From the IMG/VR virus record IMGVR_UViG_3300007214_000006: DNA of 64,000 bases, one strand, 5' to 3'. The notes below the pieces were generated by a model, which did no database searches, was not told the origin of the DNA, and was given only the letters and a program-made list of their open reading frames with translations. The position numbers and the translations under genes were made by a program. Below are positions 58,794 through 64,000 of the stretch, piece after piece; positions within the stretch are counted from its first letter, which is position 1, and each line of letters starts with the position of its first letter. This DNA comes from a virus (lineage: Duplodnaviria; Caudoviricetes).

Positions 58794-59876
58794 TTAATCA
58801 TCTAAGCATAGAGTGAGCGTTGTGGCACCATTGTTGTCTTCGTTACATTCTAAAGTTTGATTAGCATCAACACAATTATCGCATCCGGCTGTTTTTACCC
58901 ACATTTGTGAACCTCCGTCACATTGCCAATAGCAATCTCCACAACATTTTTCATACTCCTCTTTAACTTTGGAACAATTAGTGATTTTAGCGGACACGGC
59001 CGATGCTCCAGTTAAAGGATTAGTTATTCCTATGCCAAAAGGTGGAGCACTTTTTTGGGTAAAAAAGCCATCCATAACAGGAACTCTTAATTTCCATGAT
59101 ACTTGTCCATAACTATTTTGATATGTGTCTTTGAAAGTATACTCAATATATACGGTGTCACCTATCTTTATGCATTCAAGACCCACTAATAGTATAGCAT
59201 GATTTGTTTTTCCAATATTATCACAGTTTAATTTTTCAATAACAGATAGTGGTTCCTTTAATCTTGATACTGTGTAAGTTGGTACCTCTCCTGGTGGACC
59301 AATTCCATAAATAGCACCAGAGATAAACTCACCAAAATCATCGGGTAGTCTAGCACCATCAATAGCACACATAATTGGACCATCATTACAAAGAGTACTA
59401 GAAATTTGTCCTATTGTTTTTGGTTGTTTATTTATTATTTGGTAAGTTGCCGTAACATAGCATTTGATAGATGGATCACATGGTGGCCCATCATTAGATT
59501 GAGTAGCTTCACTGCATTTAACTGGAATTTTTAGCTCACTATTATTTAAAAAAAATGCATAACTTTTAAATGCTTTGGTGATCTTTTCTTTAAGAGCATC
59601 ACCATCAAATTGTGGATTTTTTTGTTTCTCACAATTTATATAAATATCAATCCATGTGCTAAAAGCATCTGGCAATGATTGACTATTAATAGCCGCCTCG
59701 TTACATTTTAAAATGCTGCTATAATCAATATTAATATCACATGATGCTGCTAAAGATTGTAGCAGAGTGTTGGTCATGCATGTTAGTTGATCTATTCCGT
59801 CTATTCTCTGTTCTATGTTTAATTTTGTTTCAAGAGTCTCACATGTTTTTAGGCTATTACAATCTGGTTGTGACAT
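58794..59876 (-). CDS. Cys-rich hypothetical protein (360 aa)
   Basis: ORF track; C-terminal CCGDCYWQC...CDNC...C. Confidence 0.7.
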   Translation of the reverse strand: MSQPDCNSLKTCETLETKLNIEQRIDGIDQLTCMTNTLLQSLAASCDINIDYSSILKCNEAAINSQSLPDAFSTWIDIYINCEKQKNPQFDGDALKEKITKAFKSYAFFLNNSELKIPVKCSEATQSNDGPPCDPSIKCYVTATYQIINKQPKTIGQISSTLCNDGPIMCAIDGARLPDDFGEFISGAIYGIGPPGEVPTYTVSRLKEPLSVIEKLNCDNIGKTNHAILLVGLECIKIGDTVYIEYTFKDTYQNSYGQVSWKLRVPVMDGFFTQKSAPPFGIGITNPLTGASAVSAKITNCSKVKEEYEKCCGDCYWQCDGGSQMWVKTAGCDNCVDANQTLECNEDNNGATTLTLCLDD

Positions 59877-59878
59877 AC

Positions 59879-60133
59879 TTATTCTACAGCTCCTTGATAT
59901 GTTATCATAATATTAGGTGATGGTTGAGCGCCATGTTGTGGTATTGTGGGGTGTCTGGTTTCTCCAAGTGCTACAAATAAGCCTGTTGATGTTAATATAT
60001 ATATTCCGGTTATATCGTTTATTTTTTTGGGGGGTTTGATAAGCATATATTGTCTTTGTGTGGCAAATAATTTCCACCCTATGGGAAGAGAATCATAATC
60101 AGAATTTTCTTGAGTTTTTATATTATATATCAT
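59879..60133 (-). CDS. Small protein with a family-D-like N-terminus
   Basis: MIYNIKTQENSDYD resembles MPIYDIKNKIDTGYD. Confidence 0.6.
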   Translation of the reverse strand: MIYNIKTQENSDYDSLPIGWKLFATQRQYMLIKPPKKINDITGIYILTSTGLFVALGETRHPTIPQHGAQPSPNIMITYQGAVE

Positions 60134-60142
60134 ATTGATTTC

Positions 60143-61042
60143 CTATTGTCCCCCACCTTCAGCATCACATCCTTCTGGGCATTCACAAGGAGGATTATCT
60201 CCTGGCGCAACATTATCACAAACACATTCTAAATATGTATTGTATACTGGTTCGTTGCAATATTCATGACAAGGCACACATGTTATATCTCCAAATGGTT
60301 GTGACTCAAACGGATAAGACTTTAAGACTCCGAAAGTATTAACAAAATTTGTTGCGCTAGTATAACCAGTTGGGCCACCAAATACCATACCTTTGAAATA
60401 TGGATCTTGATCAAGATCTTTTATATATGGAAAGGGACCCACTAATCCATTTGGACAACCACCAAACGATGTTTCGTCTTTTAGACATCCAACCCACCAT
60501 TTTGTGCAAGCAGAACAATCACTATTGGGAGGTAACGGTTCTATGCTATATCGTTGGAAAAATGTATATAATTCTACATCTCCTACAATTCCTAAACGAG
60601 ATGCTATTGTAGCTAATATTGTTTCTATTGTGGGGCTAAGTACCAGACCTGGTTTAGTAAGTACTGTGTCGAGAATATACGCTTCTTCAGGAGATATATT
60701 CTCACAAAAAGAAGAACCAGAAGTATTTTTTGGAATAAAACAATATAAACTGAATGGATCGCCGTTTTCAAGATCATCACAAGCAACCCATCTGTTCCAC
60801 GGAGGATTTCCTCTTAGTACTGGAGGTATAAAAACATCAGGATCAATAGTACCTTTGGTTGGGGGTTTGGGTATATATAACTTGGGATTTGCTGGATCTA
60901 AATAACCACCATCATAAAAAAACCAAACACAAATTGGTTCACGATTAACATTGGGAGGATCATTACGACCAGGAGGAGGCAAAGGTGGTTTGGGTTGTGG
61001 AGCAAAAGTGGGTTCGTCTGGTGGTCTGGGATTATATGTCAT
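60143..61042 (-). CDS. Pro/Cys-rich hypothetical protein (299 aa)
   Basis: ORF track; PPPPG N-terminus and Cys-rich C-terminus. Confidence 0.7.
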   Translation of the reverse strand: MTYNPRPPDEPTFAPQPKPPLPPPGRNDPPNVNREPICVWFFYDGGYLDPANPKLYIPKPPTKGTIDPDVFIPPVLRGNPPWNRWVACDDLENGDPFSLYCFIPKNTSGSSFCENISPEEAYILDTVLTKPGLVLSPTIETILATIASRLGIVGDVELYTFFQRYSIEPLPPNSDCSACTKWWVGCLKDETSFGGCPNGLVGPFPYIKDLDQDPYFKGMVFGGPTGYTSATNFVNTFGVLKSYPFESQPFGDITCVPCHEYCNEPVYNTYLECVCDNVAPGDNPPCECPEGCDAEGGGQ

Positions 61043-61043
61043 G

Positions 61044-61355
61044 TTAGTTTTTTATTCTTTTGGGTGTGGGTTTATGAATATTATTCGATAATGGCACTAT
61101 TGAAGATAATTTTATAACATCTATAATATCATTGATTTTAGGACTCTTAGAATCATCACTACTAATAATATAGCTATTTGATAATATACGATCATTAGCA
61201 AATAATAATAACGTGTTGGTACCAGGAAGATTAATATCTGGTAAATCTATGGTATATGGGGAATAATAAATGTTCTGATTGCTTTGTTTTAGTTGTTCAG
61301 AATTTATTTCTGAAATGTTATAGTCTCTTTGGTATGCTATGTTGTATAGGTTCAT
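61044..61355 (-). CDS. Small family-D protein, first gene of the Cys-rich late cluster
   Basis: FANDRIL motif; GGTGTA motif at 61401-61406. Confidence 0.65.
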   Translation of the reverse strand: MNLYNIAYQRDYNISEINSEQLKQSNQNIYYSPYTIDLPDINLPGTNTLLLFANDRILSNSYIISSDDSKSPKINDIIDVIKLSSIVPLSNNIHKPTPKRIKN

Positions 61356-61658
61356 GTTGTTTTTTAAAAATAATGATGAATAAAAATACTATTAAAATAG
61401 TACACCTTATCATTTTAAAATAGGTTATGCAGATTGTGTGGGTTTGTGCTCATGGTGCTATGCATCTTATAGATATTAGAAAAATATATCTATGTTACCA
61501 GAATAGTAAGGATCATAAGAATAGTATTATGGGTTTAATAGATAGGATTAGGTGATACTTTTATATTTTTGAGTGCTTATTGTTTATGGATGTCCTTGCG
61601 ATTTTTATAAATACTAGAATATTCAAATAAGAAATGAAAAAACCCCCTAGTTCATATA

Positions 61659-61850
61659 CGCCCGCATTTTTGACGTAAGTTATTGCCTCGCAAGGGTTTG
61701 CGTCAAGTTCAGATAGCAAATGGTGTGCCAAATGGCCAAAAAATGTTTGGCATGATATTTGCTGCTAGCAACCTTACGGTATTGTAAGCAAGATTTTTGT
61801 TGACCTCTCAAGATGGTTTGGTATAATGCCGATATAAGAGAAAAGGGAAA
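61659..61850 (+). repeat. Early regulatory cassette, copy 1 (lacks palindrome A)
   Basis: CGCCCGCATTTTTGA, palindrome B 61674-61702, sigma54-like pair 61715-61731(-)/61747-61763(+), CTTAC-N6-GTAAG, TTGACC-N16-TATAAT (61800-61827). Confidence 0.85.
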
Positions 61851-61853
61851 CAA

Positions 61854-62009
61854 ATGCTCAACATCTACAACGACTACAACGATCCCGATCAAACCTATGA
61901 TGAGAATGTAGAAACTATCTGGATCAGTCCCTGCTGCGGATTCGAGGTAGAAAATACCGAAACCGTTTGCCCAAACTGCGACCATACCATTGTGCCTCTT
62001 GCCTCTTGA
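61854..62009 (+). CDS. Small acidic zinc-ribbon protein (51 aa; not in the ORF track)
   Basis: MLNIYNDYNDPDQTYDENVETIWISPCCGFEVENTETVCPNCDHTIVPLAS, directly after the cassette-1 promoter and RBS. Confidence 0.7.
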   Translation: MLNIYNDYNDPDQTYDENVETIWISPCCGFEVENTETVCPNCDHTIVPLAS

Positions 62010-62060
62010 CTCTGAATCTTTTCTCGGTTAGACTTACCCTAAACCCCAAAGGATAGCATC

Positions 62061-62267
62061 ATGAGCAACGACTTTGTTTACAACATGAGCGAAATCAACG
62101 AAGAGGAAATCGTGAAGGGATGGGATGAAATCAACGACGAGGCGGATTATATTCCGGGTTTGGACGATGGGGAGGGATATGATCCGATCATGGGCGACGA
62201 TGACGAATGGCTCGACACGGACGACGAATGGCTCGACGATTTTCAGGGCGAGGAAGATTTTGCCTGA
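62061..62267 (+). CDS. Highly acidic small protein (DNA-mimic candidate)
   Basis: 27 of 68 residues are D/E, with one K and no R; DDEWLD occurs twice. Confidence 0.7.
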   Translation: MSNDFVYNMSEINEEEIVKGWDEINDEADYIPGLDDGEGYDPIMGDDDEWLDTDDEWLDDFQGEEDFA

Positions 62268-62304
62268 AATAAATATTCCGGCATAGCGTTTGCTGGGCAA
62301 GATC

Positions 62305-62540
62305 GACGTAAAGCCTTACGCTATAAGGACTTACGGCGATTTTTCGCCCGCCGAATCGACGTAAGTTGTTATGCATCAACACTTTACGTTCAATGGCCAC
62401 AGCAAACCTTGTGCCAAAAATACTTTATTCTATGGTACGCTATTTGCTCTCGCAACCTTACGATATTGTAAGGAAAGATTTTGCTTGCAAGTTGAAGATA
62501 GACCCGTATAATGCCGATATAGAAAGAAACGGAGAAAGAA
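62305..62540 (+). repeat. Early regulatory cassette, copy 2
   Basis: Palindromes A 62307-62335 and B 62360-62388, sigma54-like pair 62401-62417(-)/62432-62448(+), TTGCAA-N16-TATAAT (62485-62512), GGAG RBS. Confidence 0.9.
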
Positions 62541-62542
62541 AA

Positions 62543-62779
62543 ATGGAAATGATCGTGGGACAGGTTGCCAAGGTTGAATACGCTACGGGCGAGAAGTTTA
62601 TCGGTGAGATTGTGAAGGTTCGCACGATGCCCGAACAAATCGAGGTTTTCGGCGTTGGCCCTACTGGCGTGTTGCAGAATCGTGTGCTGTTCACGGTTCA
62701 CGACGAGAGCGTAGGCTATCGTTCGCTCTATGTTGACAAGTGTGCTAGAATCGAAACGTTGACCCTTCAAACCCTCTGA
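62543..62779 (+). CDS. Small beta-rich protein (78 aa; start corrected from 62366)
   Basis: MEMIVGQVAKVEYATGEKFIGEIVKV...; ATG 8 nt after GGAG and downstream of the cassette-2 promoter. The longer track ORF runs through the repeat. Confidence 0.7.
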   Translation: MEMIVGQVAKVEYATGEKFIGEIVKVRTMPEQIEVFGVGPTGVLQNRVLFTVHDESVGYRSLYVDKCARIETLTLQTL

Positions 62780-62790
62780 AAAGAAAAAAA

Positions 62791-62991
62791 ATGAGCGTCT
62801 CCGAAATGATCTGCGAACTCGAATCCTATGGTATGATCGTTCAGCGTGTGCCGAACCAACCGAACACTCTGCACGTTGACGGCTACCATCCCCCTCATTG
62901 TAAGGGGTTGCCCGATTGGCTATGGGAATGCCCCGGTTGGGGGGTATCGTCGTGTGGCATTTCAAGGGTATTCCTGTTCAGGGTAGGATAA
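62791..62991 (+). CDS. Hypothetical protein (66 aa)
   Basis: ORF track; follows the previous gene after 11 nt. Confidence 0.55.
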   Translation: MSVSEMICELESYGMIVQRVPNQPNTLHVDGYHPPHCKGLPDWLWECPGWGVSSCGISRVFLFRVG

Positions 62992-63014
62992 CCCCCCATT
63001 AGGGGTACGAGCTT

Positions 63015-63248
63015 GATGTAAAGCCTTACGCTGTAAGGACTTACAACAAGTTTTCGCCCGCATTTTTGACGTAAGTGCTTACAGGATAACGACTTAGAGC
63101 AAATCGCCATAGCAAACAGCATACCAAGGAATAAAAGTTTCTTTGGTACAACTTTTGCTGCTAGTAACCTTACGATATTGTAAGAAAGATTTTGCTTGCA
63201 ATCTAAAGTGACCGCTGTATAATGCCGATATAGAAAGCAAAGGAGAAA
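63015..63248 (+). repeat. Early regulatory cassette, copy 3
   Basis: A 63017-63045, B 63070-63098, sigma54-like pair 63111-63127(-)/63143-63159(+), TTGCAA-N16-TATAAT (63196-63223), AGGAG RBS. Confidence 0.9.
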
Positions 63249-63249
63249 G

Positions 63250-63465
63250 ATGATGAACGAAAATATCAAGAGTGCGATTCGGCAGATTTGGGGAAGCGAG
63301 AGTCACCAGATTTCCCTGCTGCTAACGCCGCAAGGTGTGTTGTATGCCGAGTGCGAGTCTACGATGGATCGTCGCAGGCTCACGGAAAGCAACTACCGTG
63401 AAGTGCTGAACGATATGTTCTACGATTACTGCGTGGAAAACGCGGCTTGGATGGGAGTCTCATGA
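63250..63465 (+). CDS. Hypothetical early protein (71 aa)
   Basis: ORF track; AGGAG RBS; downstream of the cassette-3 promoter. Confidence 0.7.
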   Translation: MMNENIKSAIRQIWGSESHQISLLLTPQGVLYAECESTMDRRRLTESNYREVLNDMFYDYCVENAAWMGVS

Positions 63466-63481
63466 CCACCTACTAGGGGGG

Positions 63482-63510
63482 TTGCGGAGACAAAAAAAGT
63501 TTCGTACACT
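63482..63510 (+). promoter_or_regulatory. Possible weak sigma70-type promoter
   Basis: TTGCGG-N17-TACACT upstream of 63537. Confidence 0.35.
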
Positions 63511-63536
63511 ACATCATCACCAAGAGGAAAAAAGAA

Positions 63537-63866
63537 ATGACCACCAAGTTCAAGATCATCGAAGATGCCAAGCGTCAGGCTCGCATGTGCTTTGTGGGAA
63601 TCGCAATCCCTCACCAGCCTACGCTTGCTGCGGGAGAGTACGGCCCGATTCGTTCGGAAAAGATTCTCAAGTTCAATCGCTCCGCGTTGCGGAATATCGG
63701 CAAGAAAAAGATAGAAAAGGCTGACCCCCGCTTCAAGGGGGGTGACGATCTCATGATCGTGAAGGTTGGCAAGCCCGGCTCCGCCGAAAGGGTGGCCGCT
63801 CTGGCCGAACAGTATGCTGCGATCCTCGCCTGCGGCGAGGAGGTATCCCCCTTCTCGGAGGGGTGA
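63537..63866 (+). CDS. Hypothetical early protein (109 aa)
   Basis: ORF track; GAGG RBS. Confidence 0.7.
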   Translation: MTTKFKIIEDAKRQARMCFVGIAIPHQPTLAAGEYGPIRSEKILKFNRSALRNIGKKKIEKADPRFKGGDDLMIVKVGKPGSAERVAALAEQYAAILACGEEVSPFSEG

Positions 63867-63894
63867 ACAAGCGTACACTAGTGTACAAAGATTC

Positions 63895-64000
63895 GACGTA
63901 AACCCTTGTGGCACAAGGACTTATGGCGATTTTTCGCCCGCATTTTTGACGTAAGTGCTTGTGACATAACGACTTACGTTCAATGCTAATAGCAAACCGC
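63895..64000 (+). repeat. Early regulatory cassette, copy 4 (truncated by the window end)
   Basis: A 63897-63925, B 63950-63978, and the start of the AGCAAA element at 63991, with the same spacings as the other copies. Confidence 0.88.

Noticed and set aside
43891-61355. Diversity-generating retroelement acting on the paralogous genes
   Set aside because: No reverse transcriptase, and no near-identical TR/VR pair differing only at adenines; the paralogues are broadly diverged.
61427-61555. 42-aa plus-strand ORF in the AT-rich gap
   Set aside because: No RBS, no recognisable motif, and a length expected by chance.
61680-63914. Minus-strand ORFs (61680, 62034, 62188, 62390, 62458, 62895, 63426) and plus-strand ORFs 63094, 63482 and 63766
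   Set aside because: They run through the non-coding cassettes or overlap better-supported genes; peptides such as VSPYSVRLY are translations of the palindromes.
61659-64000. CRISPR array
   Set aside because: The repeats are ~240-bp composite units separated by whole genes, not 25-45-bp repeats with uniform spacers, and no cas genes are in the window.
61659-64000. Integron attC cassette array
   Set aside because: No consistent RYYYAAC...GTTRRRY ends, no integrase in the window, and each unit carries its own promoter.
1-64000. Stop-codon reassignment (alternative genetic code)
   Set aside because: Under the standard code, long ORFs tile nearly the whole window and end in TAA, TAG and TGA.
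1-64000. tRNA, rRNA or tail sheath genes
   Set aside because: No cloverleaf or rRNA-like sequence recognised in the few intergenic gaps and no sheath-like ORF seen; they could lie outside the window.

Overview
This window is 64 kb of a large, AT-rich, tailed dsDNA phage genome with four blocks. (1) 1-42.6 kb, minus strand: a complete virion-morphogenesis module. Read in transcription order it holds a phage sigma factor, gmd, HNH and ERCC4 nucleases, TerL, portal, prohead protease/scaffold, decoration protein, major capsid, fibres and spike, head-tail and tail completion proteins, tail tube, chaperones, a 3965-aa tape measure protein (TMP), and a fibre-like ORF that runs off the left edge. (2) 42.7-43.3 kb: two small plus-strand genes. 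(3) 43.3-61.4 kb, minus strand: about 19 Cys/Pro-rich genes built from shuffled paralogous domains and PT-repeat linkers. They include IgGFc-binding-like, leishmanolysin-like protease, FN3-like and nucleotidyltransferase-like domains, and share a late-promoter motif with the capsid and tail operons. (4) From about 61.66 kb, plus strand and visibly more GC-rich: small early-type genes, each group preceded by a copy of a ~240-bp cassette. The cassette holds 11-7-11 palindromes, a back-to-back pair of sigma54-consensus sites and a sigma70 promoter, at nearly fixed spacings. The most unusual items are enzyme-like cargo domains (a HAD phosphatase and two PD-(D/E)xK-like domains) inside the TMP, the early cassette array, and the 18-kb Cys-rich late cluster. 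All domain calls come from reading motifs by eye; no database searches were run. The host is unknown. A Planctomycetota-like host is only a tentative inference. I saw no tRNA, rRNA, CRISPR array, reverse transcriptase or intein.
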